Below, piece by piece: positions 26,508 to 35,894 of a stretch of DNA of 64,000 bases; positions within the stretch are counted from its first letter, which is position 1, and each line of letters opens with the position of its first letter. The DNA comes from an uncultured Anaeroplasmataceae bacterium (lineage in GTDB: Bacteria > Bacillota_I > Bacilli_A > Acholeplasmatales > Anaeroplasmataceae): the NCBI GenBank assembly GCA_910579215.1, contig CAJTTN010000006.1, forward strand, positions 57,376-121,375, written 5' to 3'. Both the position numbers and the translations under genes were made by a program. The notes beneath the pieces were generated by a model. That model searched no databases and was not told the DNA's origin. It saw only the letters and a list, made by a program, of their open reading frames with translations.

Positions 26508-27737
26508 ATGTATTTGTGTATTGATATGAAATGCTTTTTTGCCTCAGTAGAATGTGCAGAGCGTGGCTTAAATCCTATGAATACTCCTTTACTTGTAGCG
26601 GACCCAGTAAGAGGCAAAGGAGCGCTATGTTTGGCAGTTAGTCCTTATTTAAAACAATTGGGAGTGAAAAATCGATGTAGATTATATGATATTCCGAATC
26701 ATATTCCTTACATAACAGCTAAACCTCGCATGAAAAAATATATTGAATATGCGGTGCTTATTCATCGAATATTTTTAAGATTTGTGGAGGCTTCTGATAT
26801 TCATACCTATAGTATAGATGAGGCTTTTATTGATGTTTCAGACTATTTGCATTTATATAATGGCGTTTCTGATATAGCTTTTCGTATAATGCGGAGTATT
26901 AAAGAAGAATTAGGCATTACATCGACCTGTGGGGCAGGAGAAAATTTGTTTTTAGCAAAAATTTCCTTAGATTTATTGTCTAAAAATAAATATCCTTATT
27001 TTCATTTTCTTTCCTTAGAAGAATTTTATAATAAAGTATGGTATCATAAAAATTTGAAAGATATCTGGCAAATAGGAAATGGAATTCAAAAAAGATTACA
27101 TCGGATGGGTATATATACCTTACATGATTTGGCAATGACAGATGTGGAAATACTAAAGAAAGAGTTTGGTGTTATAGGGTTAGATTTATATGAGCATTCT
27201 TGGGGAAAGGATGCTACTACAATAGCCGATATTAAGGGCTATGAGCCTCTTTCTAAGAGCTTTTCAAGAAATCAAATTTTAATGAGAGACTATACAAAAA
27301 AGGAAGCTTGGACACCATTAATTGAAATGCTATTTGTTTTATCTATTGAACTTATTGCTAAAAAAATAAAAGCTAGGCATCTTTCAATTTATATAGGGTA
27401 TAGTCATAATCAAGAATCCTATCATAAGAGCACTACACTTTATTTTTATACGGATGACTATTATTTTTTAAAAGAAGAGTTAAAAAAATTATATGAGCCC
27501 GTACCTAAAGGCGAAATAAGAAGAATTGGGATTTCTTTTTCAGATTTTATACAAAAGGGCAAAGAGCAGAATACTTTATTCTTTGAGAATAATGTAAAGC
27601 ATGAGCGATTAGAAAAAACAATACAAGAGATATGGCAGAAGCATGGAAAAAATCAGCTAGTTTTAGGAACATCCTTGTGTGAAGAATCAACCTTATTCGA
27701 AAGAAATAAACAAATAGGAGGACATAACAGTGAATGA
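26508..27737 (+). CDS. Y-family translesion DNA polymerase (UmuC/YqjW-like)
   Basis: N-terminal IDMKCFFASVE (the D-x-x-x-F-[FY]-ASVE motif), SIDEAFIDVS catalytic motif, and little-finger region. Confidence 0.8.
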   Translation: MYLCIDMKCFFASVECAERGLNPMNTPLLVADPVRGKGALCLAVSPYLKQLGVKNRCRLYDIPNHIPYITAKPRMKKYIEYAVLIHRIFLRFVEASDIHTYSIDEAFIDVSDYLHLYNGVSDIAFRIMRSIKEELGITSTCGAGENLFLAKISLDLLSKNKYPYFHFLSLEEFYNKVWYHKNLKDIWQIGNGIQKRLHRMGIYTLHDLAMTDVEILKKEFGVIGLDLYEHSWGKDATTIADIKGYEPLSKSFSRNQILMRDYTKKEAWTPLIEMLFVLSIELIAKKIKARHLSIYIGYSHNQESYHKSTTLYFYTDDYYFLKEELKKLYEPVPKGEIRRIGISFSDFIQKGKEQNTLFFENNVKHERLEKTIQEIWQKHGKNQLVLGTSLCEESTLFERNKQIGGHNSE

Positions 27738-28056
27738 TCGAGAAAGAAGAGCAGCAAAATATTTACCTTTTGATTCGTTAAAAGGACTAAAGGAAGCAAT
27801 AGATTTGGAGGACCATAAGTCCAATGGTAAGCTTAAGCTACCTACTATTACAGAAGAGGAAAAGCTTCAAATGAATCTTATTCTTTTTGAATGCTTCAGT
27901 AAAAATAGAGCGATACGGTTATTTTATTTGGAAGAAGGAGAGCTTTTAGAATATAGTGGAGTTATCAAAAATATAGATGTTTTAAATAAGCAAATTACAC
28001 TATTACCAAAAAAGAAATTTTCTATCGATTCTATCTATCGGTTAACCATAAAGTAA
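27730..28056 (+). CDS. YolD-like protein (UmuD-analogous accessory of Firmicute Y-family polymerases)
   Basis: ~108 aa. GTG start overlaps the polymerase stop, with AGGAGG SD. Size and operon context match the YolD family. Sequence-level assignment is from context. Confidence 0.5.
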   Translation: MNDRERRAAKYLPFDSLKGLKEAIDLEDHKSNGKLKLPTITEEEKLQMNLILFECFSKNRAIRLFYLEEGELLEYSGVIKNIDVLNKQITLLPKKKFSIDSIYRLTIK

Positions 28057-28132
28057 GGACTCAAAAGAGTCCTTTTCTCTTGTAACTTTTTCAAAAAAAT
28101 GGTATGATAATGAACGATAGGAGCTGAGGGAT

Positions 28133-30016
28133 TTGTATGATGTTGTTGTTGTAGGTGGTGGTCATGCAGGCTGTGAAGCATGTTTGGCGACAAGCCAAAT
28201 GGGCTTTAAGACCCTACTAGTTACAGGTAATCTTAATATGTTGGGTTCCATGCCCTGCAATCCATCTATTGGTGGACCAGCAAAAGGAGTTGTGGTTCGT
28301 GAAATAGATGCACTTGGTGGATATATGGGGAAAAATGCAGATTTATGCCAAATCCAAACCAAAATGTTAAACAGCTCCAAAGGTCCTGCTGTGCGAGCAT
28401 TACGATTTCAAGAGGATAAGCTTTTGTATATGGAAATGATGAAAAAGCATTTAGAAGAACAAAAGCATTTGGAACTATTAGAAGGTATAGTAGAGGATAT
28501 CATTGTTGAAAATGATCAAGTTCAGGGTGTGGTTTTGGAAACAGGGAAAATAATACTTGCTAAAACTGTGATTTTAACTACAGGAACCTATTTAGATAGT
28601 CGCATTTTGCGTGGACATTGGACTTCTAAGGAAGGACCAGATGGGCAAAAGACCTCTAAAGGAATTTCTAATGCCTTACGTCGATTGGGATTTGAAATTC
28701 AAAGACTTAAAACAGGGACTCCACCACGTATTCAAGCCTCTTCTATTGATTTTTCAAAGGTCAAATTAGAACCGGGGGATGATAAGGTTTGGCAATTTAG
28801 TTTTGATAAGGGTTATCATTCTTTATTAAATACGAAAATCCCATGCTATTTAACCTATACTACTAAGGAAATTCATGACCTGATCATGAACAATTTGGAT
28901 CAATCAGCCATGTATGGAGGCATAGTAGAGGGAGTAGGTCCTAGATATTGTCCCTCCATAGAGGATAAGGTTGTTAAATTCAGTGATAAGGAAAGGCATC
29001 AAATCTTTTTTGAACCAGAATCTTTACAATTAGATCAAGAATATATACAAGGATTTTCAACTTCTATGCCTATAGAGATTCAAGATCAAATGATTCGCTT
29101 GCTTCCAGGCTTAGAAAACTGTAAGGTCATACGATATGCTTATGCAATAGAATATGATGCAATTAATCCTTTAGAAATCCATCCTAGCTTAGAAACAAAA
29201 CGAGTTCAGAATCTTTTTACTGCTGGACAAATCAATGGCACTTCTGGCTATGAGGAGGCTGCTGGTCAAGGGATAGTAGCGGGAATTAATGCAGGTAAAA
29301 AATTAAAAAATGAGGCTCCACTTATTTTGAAACGTGATGAAGCTTATATAGGTGTTATGATTGATGATTTGGTAACTAAGGGAACGAAGGAGCCTTATCG
29401 TTTGCTTACCTCTAGAGCAGAATATCGCTTATTATTGCGTCACGATAATGCGGATTTAAGATTAAGAGAATATGGATATGAGGCTGGTTTGATTAAAGAG
29501 GAAGACTTTCAGCTTCTTAAAAAAAAGAAGGCTTGTATTCTAAAGCTATGTCAAGAATTTAAAGTATTAAAAGTAAAACCTGTGGCTTATGTAAATGATA
29601 TTTTAAAAAGTGCTAATTCTGCACCTATTTCTGAAGGTGTTTCTCTTTATTCTTTATTAAAGCGTCCTGAAATATCCTATAAAATTATAGGAGAGCTTTA
29701 TCCGGAAATTCAGGTGGATTATCCTTATCCAGAGGAGGTCCTAGAGCAAGTGGAAATAGAAATTAAATATGAGGGGTATATCTCTAAATCCTTACTTCAA
29801 GCTCAAAGAATGCATAATTATGAAAGAAAAATAATTCCTGAAGATATTGATTATGATCTTGTAGATAATATCGCGATAGAAGCAAAAGAAAAGCTTAAAA
29901 AAATAAGACCCGTAACCATTGGACAGGCATCGCGAATAAGCGGTGTAAATCCTGCGGATATTTCTGTTTTGGTTGTTTATATAGAGCATTGGAAAAATCA
30001 AAGAGAGGCAAAATAG
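28133..30016 (+). CDS. mnmG: tRNA uridine 5-carboxymethylaminomethyl modification enzyme MnmG (GidA)
   Basis: YDVVVVGGGHAGCEA FAD motif and conserved C-terminal domain. TTG start at 28133 after AGGAG. Confidence 0.95.
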   Translation: MYDVVVVGGGHAGCEACLATSQMGFKTLLVTGNLNMLGSMPCNPSIGGPAKGVVVREIDALGGYMGKNADLCQIQTKMLNSSKGPAVRALRFQEDKLLYMEMMKKHLEEQKHLELLEGIVEDIIVENDQVQGVVLETGKIILAKTVILTTGTYLDSRILRGHWTSKEGPDGQKTSKGISNALRRLGFEIQRLKTGTPPRIQASSIDFSKVKLEPGDDKVWQFSFDKGYHSLLNTKIPCYLTYTTKEIHDLIMNNLDQSAMYGGIVEGVGPRYCPSIEDKVVKFSDKERHQIFFEPESLQLDQEYIQGFSTSMPIEIQDQMIRLLPGLENCKVIRYAYAIEYDAINPLEIHPSLETKRVQNLFTAGQINGTSGYEEAAGQGIVAGINAGKKLKNEAPLILKRDEAYIGVMIDDLVTKGTKEPYRLLTSRAEYRLLLRHDNADLRLREYGYEAGLIKEEDFQLLKKKKACILKLCQEFKVLKVKPVAYVNDILKSANSAPISEGVSLYSLLKRPEISYKIIGELYPEIQVDYPYPEEVLEQVEIEIKYEGYISKSLLQAQRMHNYERKIIPEDIDYDLVDNIAIEAKEKLKKIRPVTIGQASRISGVNPADISVLVVYIEHWKNQREAK

Positions 30017-30017
30017 T

Positions 30018-30722
30018 ATGGATTTTGTAAAAGAAATAGAAGCATTAGGTATGACGATAACTAAAGAAAATTTAGAAAAATTTTCTATTTATTATGAAAC
30101 TTTAATTCAAGTAAATCAGGTTATGAATTTAACAGCTATTACGGAAAAGGATGAGGTATATCGTAAGCATTTTTTAGATTCCTTAGAAATTAAAAGAGTT
30201 TTACCAACCACTCCCTATTCCTTATGCGATGTTGGAAGTGGTGCTGGCTTTCCCTCAGTACCTTTAGCTATTTTAGATTCTAATATAAAAGTTACAATTA
30301 TTGATGCCTTAAATAAAAGAATTCAATTTTTAAATACATTAACTGAAAAATTAGATTTGGCGCATGTTTGTGCTATACATGCGCGAGCAGAGGATTACGT
30401 AAAAGAGAAAAGAGAAGCCTTTGATGTTGTTACTGCTCGGGCAGTTGCACGTCTTTCTATATTAGCTGAATTATGTCTTCCATTAACTAAGGTTGGTGGA
30501 CTATTTATAGCTATGAAGGGCTCTTCTGGAGAAGAAGAAATGAAAGAAGCTAACAGAGCTATTGAGCTACTAGGAGGAAGAGTAAAGGAAATAGTTTCCT
30601 TTACGTTACCTGATGAAGAAGAGATGCGTCAACTCATTGTAATAGAAAAGATTAAAGCAACACCACTTAAATATCCTAGAAGTTATGGAAAAATTAAGGA
30701 GAAACCATTATGTACGCTTTAA
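30018..30722 (+). CDS. rsmG: 16S rRNA (guanine527-N7)-methyltransferase RsmG (GidB)
   Basis: DVGSGAGFP SAM motif. Immediately follows mnmG. Confidence 0.9.
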   Translation: MDFVKEIEALGMTITKENLEKFSIYYETLIQVNQVMNLTAITEKDEVYRKHFLDSLEIKRVLPTTPYSLCDVGSGAGFPSVPLAILDSNIKVTIIDALNKRIQFLNTLTEKLDLAHVCAIHARAEDYVKEKREAFDVVTARAVARLSILAELCLPLTKVGGLFIAMKGSSGEEEMKEANRAIELLGGRVKEIVSFTLPDEEEMRQLIVIEKIKATPLKYPRSYGKIKEKPLCTL

Positions 30723-30874
30723 ATGATATTATTAAGACAAGGAAGCCTCATGTCTGTGGGTGTAATAGCTGGAGAGTTCTACGTATTGGTGCTGATATAA
30801 AGCTAGAATGCTGTGAATGTAAAAGGGTGATTATGCTTGCCTCTTATGAGCTAGATAAAAGGATAAAAAAGTAA
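30710..30874 (+). CDS. Small zinc-ribbon-like protein, DUF951-like (54 aa), missed by the ORF track
   Basis: MYALNDIIKTRKPHVCGCNSWRVLRIGADIKLECCECKRVIMLASYELDKRIKK. The four-Cys pattern K-P-H-x-CG and GADIK resembles the small DUF951 proteins that follow rsmG in Firmicutes. AAGGAG SD. Overlaps the rsmG end. Confidence 0.5.
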   Translation: MYALNDIIKTRKPHVCGCNSWRVLRIGADIKLECCECKRVIMLASYELDKRIKK

Positions 30875-30875
30875 A

Positions 30876-30910
30876 GGTGTCAAGAAAAAATACTTGACAC
30901 CATTTTATTT
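30876..30910 (+). terminator. Rho-independent terminator
   Basis: ggtgtcaag...cttgacacc hairpin plus T-run. Confidence 0.6.
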
Positions 30911-30958
30911 TATGTTATAATATATAACGTATATTGAAAAAGAAGGAGTGTAATTATC

Positions 30959-31207
30959 ATGGTAAAAATTAGATTACAAAGATTTGGTGCACATAAGGCT
31001 CCTAAATATCGTATTGTTGCTGCTGATTCCAGATCACCTCGTGATGGTAAATTCCTAGAAATTTTAGGAACTTATAATCCATTAACTGAACCTGCAACAA
31101 TCACATTGGATGCTGAAAAGGTAACTAAATGGTTAGCAAATGGTGCACAACCAACAGTCACTGTAAAAAATATATTAGAAGCAAACAATATCAAGACTAC
31201 TAAGTAA
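30959..31207 (+). CDS. rpsP: 30S ribosomal protein S16
   Basis: [42 protein letters not shown]. Confidence 0.95.
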   Translation: MVKIRLQRFGAHKAPKYRIVAADSRSPRDGKFLEILGTYNPLTEPATITLDAEKVTKWLANGAQPTVTVKNILEANNIKTTK

Positions 31208-31217
31208 GAGGTGGGCG

Positions 31218-31463
31218 ATGATAAAGTTTGAAGAGTTAATTAAGAATTTAATTCTTCCTTTGGTAGCTTATCCTGAAGATGTTGAAATTATTAAGGTGAA
31301 AGATGAAGCAGAAGATCTTGAATTTCAGGTGAAGATTAACCCTAATGATTTTGGTAGAGTTATTGGTAAGGATGGCTATATAGCAAGAGCAATTCGTACA
31401 ATTCTTTATGCAGGCGCTTCAAAAGAAGGAAAAAGAATTCACTTAGATATTAATAGTAAATAA
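31218..31463 (+). CDS. KH-domain RNA-binding protein (YlqC-like)
   Basis: VIGKDGYIARAIRTIL is the KH GxxG motif. Conserved position after rpsP. Confidence 0.8.
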   Translation: MIKFEELIKNLILPLVAYPEDVEIIKVKDEAEDLEFQVKINPNDFGRVIGKDGYIARAIRTILYAGASKEGKRIHLDINSK

Positions 31464-31493
31464 AAATAGGTATATATTTTTAAGAAGATTAGG

Positions 31494-31528
31494 TTCACTT
31501 TGGATAAAGTGGGCTTTTTCTTTTTTTT
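31494..31528 (+). terminator. Rho-independent terminator after rpsP-KH operon
   Basis: cacttt-ggat-aaagtg hairpin followed by gctttttcttttttt. Confidence 0.6.
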
Positions 31529-31650
31529 ACTAATTATTGCTAAAATAAGAAAGGTCAAAAAAATCTTTATAAATCTTTATAAATTTTTATGAATTTTGTT
31601 GAATTTTTATTAATTATCGTATATAATACCATTATAAGGAGGTAAATAAT

Positions 31651-32028
31651 ATGCTAGAATTTTTCGAATATGATGATTCTAACGGTTATGCAAGTGTTTA
31701 TGATAGTCATATTACCCTTAATAAAACACTTCTAAAATATCTTAAGGATGCATATCGTGTTAGAGTAGCAGTAGATAAGGTTAAGGATAATATTCATATT
31801 TATGTGATCAATAAGGATTATGCATTAAGTGGTGAATTAAAGGAATCCTCTTTATTACCTGTTTCTATTTCTAAATCCTATGCAAGAATCTGTTCTAGAC
31901 CATTAATAGAGTATATTTCTAATGTTTTTGGCCTAACGATTGCTAAAAAAGAATTTAAAAGATTTAAGGCGTGTTATGATGATGTAAAACAGGTTATACT
32001 AATAGATATGAAAGGAGAGGTATCCTAA
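31651..32028 (+). CDS. Hypothetical protein (125 aa)
   Basis: ORF with GGAGG SD. No recognisable motif. Confidence 0.4.
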   Translation: MLEFFEYDDSNGYASVYDSHITLNKTLLKYLKDAYRVRVAVDKVKDNIHIYVINKDYALSGELKESSLLPVSISKSYARICSRPLIEYISNVFGLTIAKKEFKRFKACYDDVKQVILIDMKGEVS

Positions 32029-32471
32029 TGGAAGCTTATATGGTTTGGATTTGGCTGAGTGCCTTTATTATCACTCTTGTTATAGAATCCATAACACAGG
32101 ATTTAGTAGCAGTGTGGTTTTCTCTAGGTTCAATTATTGCTTTAATATTATCAGCCTTTCCAGCAATTGATTGGTATATTGAGGTCGTTGTTTTTGCTGT
32201 GGTTTCTTTCTTGTCTTTAGGCTTGACTAGACCATTTGCTAAAAAATTATTATTTAATGCTACTAGATATACTAATGTTGATGAATTTGTAGGGAAAAGG
32301 GTAAAGGTTATTTCTGACATTTCAAAGTATGAGAATGGAGAAGTAAAAATTCATGATATTATTTATAATGCAAGTCTAATGGAGGAAGAGACGGAAACCA
32401 TTCATAAGGATGAAATTGTAGAAATTGTGACCTTGAAGGGGAACAAAGTAGTAGTAAGAAAAATTCAGTAA
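32028..32471 (+). CDS. NfeD-family membrane protein (short form, OB-fold C-terminus)
   Basis: N-terminal TM helices and a C-terminal beta-rich domain (GKRVKVISDI...GEVKIHD...VEIVTLKGNKVVV). Immediately upstream of an SPFH gene, the classic NfeD-SPFH pairing. Confidence 0.7.
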   Translation: MEAYMVWIWLSAFIITLVIESITQDLVAVWFSLGSIIALILSAFPAIDWYIEVVVFAVVSFLSLGLTRPFAKKLLFNATRYTNVDEFVGKRVKVISDISKYENGEVKIHDIIYNASLMEEETETIHKDEIVEIVTLKGNKVVVRKIQ

Positions 32472-32492
32472 AGGAAAGGAATAGTTTAATAT

Positions 32493-33434
32493 ATGAATAC
32501 AGGAATTATTGTTGCTATTGTATGTAGTGTAATTTTAGTTGTTATTGTTATTTTATTGATTACGAGAATAAAAATTGTTCGTCAAACACAGAAGTTGATT
32601 GTTGAGCGTTTAGGGGCCTATCACGCTACGTGGTCTGTAGGATTTCATTTCTTGGTACCATTTATTGATCGTGTAGCTCAGGTAGTATCTATGAAGGAGC
32701 AGGTTAACGATTTTGATCCACAGCCTGTGATTACAAAAGATAATGTTACTATGCAAATTGATACCGTGGTTTTCTTTCAGGTTACAGATCCAAAGCTATA
32801 TTCCTATGGTGTAGAAAATCCAATTGCCGCTTTAGAAAACTTATCTTCTACAACTTTACGTAATATTATTGGTGAATTAGATTTGGATGAAACTTTAACT
32901 TCACGAGATATTATAAATACAAAGATGAGATCTATTCTAGATGAAGCAACAGATCCTTGGGGTATTAAGGTTAATCGTGTAGAGGTTAAAAATATTTTAC
33001 CACCAAAGGATATTCGAGATGCTATGGAGCGTCAAATGCGTGCTGAGCGTGAACGTCGTGAGAAAATTTTGCTTGCAGAAGGTGAAAAAAGAAGTCAAAT
33101 ACTTCAAGCAGAGGGAGAAAAAGAATCTCAAATCTTAAGAGCAGAGGCAGAAAAGGAAGCCACAATTAAAAAGGCAGAAGCAGAGGCAGCTGCAATTCTT
33201 AAGGTAAGAACAGCAGAGGCTGAAGGTGTTAGACTTACTCGTCAGGCACAAGCAGAAGGATATAGAATGCTAGTAGATGCAGGCTTAACAAAAGAGGTTT
33301 TAGCAATTAAATCCTTTGAAGCTCTAGAGAAGGTTGCTGATGGGCAGTCTACTAAACTAATCATTCCATCTGATATGCAAAATTTAGCTGCTACTATTGC
33401 AAGTTTAGCAGAGGTTGTTAAGGATAAGAAATAA
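32493..33434 (+). CDS. SPFH/band-7 (stomatin/FloA-like flotillin) protein
   Basis: N-terminal TM, SPFH core (VPFIDRVAQVVSMKEQV...ITKDNVTMQIDTVVFFQV), Ala/Glu-rich coiled coil. Partner of the upstream NfeD. Confidence 0.85.
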   Translation: MNTGIIVAIVCSVILVVIVILLITRIKIVRQTQKLIVERLGAYHATWSVGFHFLVPFIDRVAQVVSMKEQVNDFDPQPVITKDNVTMQIDTVVFFQVTDPKLYSYGVENPIAALENLSSTTLRNIIGELDLDETLTSRDIINTKMRSILDEATDPWGIKVNRVEVKNILPPKDIRDAMERQMRAERERREKILLAEGEKRSQILQAEGEKESQILRAEAEKEATIKKAEAEAAAILKVRTAEAEGVRLTRQAQAEGYRMLVDAGLTKEVLAIKSFEALEKVADGQSTKLIIPSDMQNLAATIASLAEVVKDKK

Positions 33435-33445
33435 GAAATCAAATG

Positions 33446-33475
33446 ATGCCAAGTGTAAAACCTGGCATTTTTTTG
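33446..33475 (+). terminator. Rho-independent terminator after SPFH gene
   Basis: atgcca...tggcat hairpin followed by T7. Confidence 0.55.
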
Positions 33476-33569
33476 TCTTTAAAAACTTGTATTATTTATT
33501 TTTGACAAAAAATGGTAAAATTTACCAATTTATGATATAATGAATAACATAAATCATAAGAGGTCAAAA

Positions 33570-34892
33570 ATGAAAAAGAAATATTTAGAACTAGATGTCT
33601 ATGAAAGCCTAATGAATAGATTAAAATTTATATTTGAAGAATTTGAAAATATTTTTGTTTCTTTTTCTGGTGGAAAGGATAGCGGACTTTTATTAAATTT
33701 AGTTTTAGATTATAAAAGAAAGTATTATCCAGAACGTGTAATAGGTGTTTTTCATCAGGATTTTGAAGCACAATATGACTATACAACTAAATATGTAGAA
33801 AGTACCTTTGAGCGAATAAAAAATGAGGCAGAGCTCTATTGGGTTTGTCTTCCAATGGCTACTAGAACGGCGCTAAGTAGCTATGAAATGTATTGGTATC
33901 CTTGGGATGATAGGCTTCAAGACATTTGGGTAAGACCTCTACCTCAGCATGAATATGTTATTTCATTAGAAAACAATCCTATTACGACTTATAAATATAA
34001 AATGCATCAAGAGGATTTGGCAAAGCAATTTGGAAGATGGTACCGCGCAGTGCATGGAGAAACGTCTACAATATGCTTATTAGGAATTCGTGCTGATGAA
34101 TCCCTACATCGTTACAGTGGATTTTTAAATAAAAAAAAGGGATATAAGCATAAATGCTATATCACACAGCAATTTAAAAATGTATGGTGTGCCTCTCCTT
34201 TATATGATTGGAGTGTTCAGGATGTTTGGCATGCAATAGCGATGCTAGGATATGATTATAATCCTTTGTATGATATTTTTTATCAGGTTGGACTTAAGCC
34301 CTCTATGATGAGAGTTGCCTCTCCATTTAATGATTATGCAAAGGACAGCCTGAATTATTATAGAGTTATTGAACCTGAGACCTGGACAAAGCTTTTAGGT
34401 CGTGTACAGGGTGTTAATTTTGCAGGTATTTATGGTAGAACTAAGGCCTTAGGGTATAGGAGTGTTACCTTACCTGAAGGACATACTTGGGAATCCTATA
34501 CAAAGTTTTTACTTGCCACCTTACCAACAAGAATTAGAAATGGATATTTGAAAAAATTTAAAACCTCTATCGATTTTTGGCATAATGTTGGTGGAGGCTT
34601 AGAAGAATCCACCATTCAAGAATTAGAGGAAAAAGGATATAATATTCAAAGAAATGGTGTTTCAAACTATACTATATTTAAAAATACTAGAATAATTTTT
34701 ATAGGTAAAATACCTGACCATACCGATGACATCAAATCCTCTCGTGATATACCTTCGTGGAAAAGAATGTGCTATTGTATTTTGAAAAATGATCATTTAT
34801 GTAGAAGTATGGGATTTGGTTTGACTAGAGATCAACAAAGAAATTTAGATGTTATAAAGCAAAAATATCTTGCTTTGGAGGAAATAGAATGA
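33570..34892 (+). CDS. IbrA-like protein: PAPS-reductase/PP-loop ATP pyrophosphatase domain plus DUF3440-like C-terminal domain
   Basis: SFSGGKDS PP-loop (SGGxDS). ~440 aa. AAGAGG SD 6 nt before ATG 33570. Stop overlaps the start of the ParB-like partner (ATGA). Confidence 0.7.
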   Translation: MKKKYLELDVYESLMNRLKFIFEEFENIFVSFSGGKDSGLLLNLVLDYKRKYYPERVIGVFHQDFEAQYDYTTKYVESTFERIKNEAELYWVCLPMATRTALSSYEMYWYPWDDRLQDIWVRPLPQHEYVISLENNPITTYKYKMHQEDLAKQFGRWYRAVHGETSTICLLGIRADESLHRYSGFLNKKKGYKHKCYITQQFKNVWCASPLYDWSVQDVWHAIAMLGYDYNPLYDIFYQVGLKPSMMRVASPFNDYAKDSLNYYRVIEPETWTKLLGRVQGVNFAGIYGRTKALGYRSVTLPEGHTWESYTKFLLATLPTRIRNGYLKKFKTSIDFWHNVGGGLEESTIQELEEKGYNIQRNGVSNYTIFKNTRIIFIGKIPDHTDDIKSSRDIPSWKRMCYCILKNDHLCRSMGFGLTRDQQRNLDVIKQKYLALEEIE

Positions 34893-35455
34893 GTTCAAAA
34901 AGTCCAGTTTATAAAATTAAGGCAGTTCCAATAGAGAAAATTAATCCTAATTCCTATAATCCTAATTCTGTGGCACCACCAGAAATGAGATTACTTTATG
35001 ATAGTATCAAAGAGGATGGGTATACGATGCCTATCGTTTGTTACTATAATCCAGAGGATGATACATATATCATAGTCGATGGATTTCATAGATATAGAGT
35101 TATGCTTGATTATAAGGATATTTATGAGCGAGAGGGAGGCTGTCTTCCTGTAACTGTAATAGATAAGCCCTTAGATAAACGTATGGCTAGTACAATTCGA
35201 CATAATCGTGCAAGAGGCTCTCATAATGTTGATTTGATGAGTAATATAGTTAGTGAATTGCATGAATTGGGAAGATCTGATGCTTGGATATGTAAGCATT
35301 TAGGTATGCAAAAAGATGAGGTTTTAAGACTAAAACAAATTACAGGATTAGCATCTTTATTTAAGGATATAGACTTTAGTAAGGGCTGGATTCCAGAAGA
35401 TGATTTTGAAACGGAATTTAAGCAATTGGAAGCAGCGTATGTAAATAGAAAATAG
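34889..35455 (+). CDS. IbrB-like ParB/sulfiredoxin-fold nuclease-domain protein
   Basis: ParB N-terminal-like motifs (IEKINPNSYNPN..., IIVDGFHRY, IRHNRARGSH). 188 aa. Translationally coupled to the upstream PP-loop protein. Confidence 0.7.
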   Translation: MSSKSPVYKIKAVPIEKINPNSYNPNSVAPPEMRLLYDSIKEDGYTMPIVCYYNPEDDTYIIVDGFHRYRVMLDYKDIYEREGGCLPVTVIDKPLDKRMASTIRHNRARGSHNVDLMSNIVSELHELGRSDAWICKHLGMQKDEVLRLKQITGLASLFKDIDFSKGWIPEDDFETEFKQLEAAYVNRK

Positions 35456-35580
35456 TTTATTTCTTAAATTAAATTTTAATAAGGTTATCTATAGTGAACC
35501 CAATTATTTTTATCTTAAGGAATTAAGAGAAGATAATTGTGATTTTATAATGTAGGGAACAATAGAAAATAAAGCTAATA

Positions 35581-35607
35581 AAAACAAAAAAAGCCAATCA
35601 TCTGGCT
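35581..35607 (-). terminator. Terminator for the tRNA-Asp/tRNA-Arg transcript
   Basis: agccaatcatctggct hairpin. On the minus strand it is followed by a T-run (complement of the 35581-35591 A-run). Confidence 0.55.
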
Positions 35608-35618
35608 ATTATTAACTA

Positions 35619-35695
35619 TGGCGCACCCTAGAGGATTCGAACCCCTAACCTTTTGATCCGTAGTCAAACGATCTATCCAATTGATCTAAGGGTGC
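35619..35695 (-). tRNA. tRNA-Arg (anticodon ACG)
   Basis: The reverse complement folds as a canonical cloverleaf: acceptor GCACCCT/AGGGTGC, D-stem GATC/GATC, anticodon stem TTTGA/TCAAA with loop CTACGGA (anticodon ACG), T-loop TTCGAAT, 3' GCCA. 77 nt. Confidence 0.85.
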
Positions 35696-35709
35696 ATATG
35701 ATTTATTTT

Positions 35710-35785
35710 TGGCGGTTCGGACGGGACTTGAACCCGCGATCTCCAGTGTGACAGACTAGCATGTTAACCACTACACCACCGAACC
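35710..35785 (-). tRNA. tRNA-Asp (anticodon GTC)
   Basis: Reverse complement GGTTCGG...CCGAACCGCCA. Anticodon stem CTAGT/ACTGG with loop CTGTCAC (anticodon GTC). T-arm GCGGG-TTCAAGT-CCCGT. 76 nt. Confidence 0.85.
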
Positions 35786-35894
35786 ATATCTGTAACGCTT
35801 GATTATTATATCACAAATATAGACAGAAAAACAAGTACTTTTTTTCTTTTTTTAAAAAGCGTATAATTAGAATCATAGGAAAAGAGGGATATTT

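Noticed and set aside
33435-33570. Searched for a direct repeat of the tRNA-Arg 3' end (att-like) bounding the IbrAB-like insertion
   Set aside because: No copy of the tRNA 3' segment was found at the far side. Only a terminator and promoter-like sequence are there. The island boundary therefore remains unproven.
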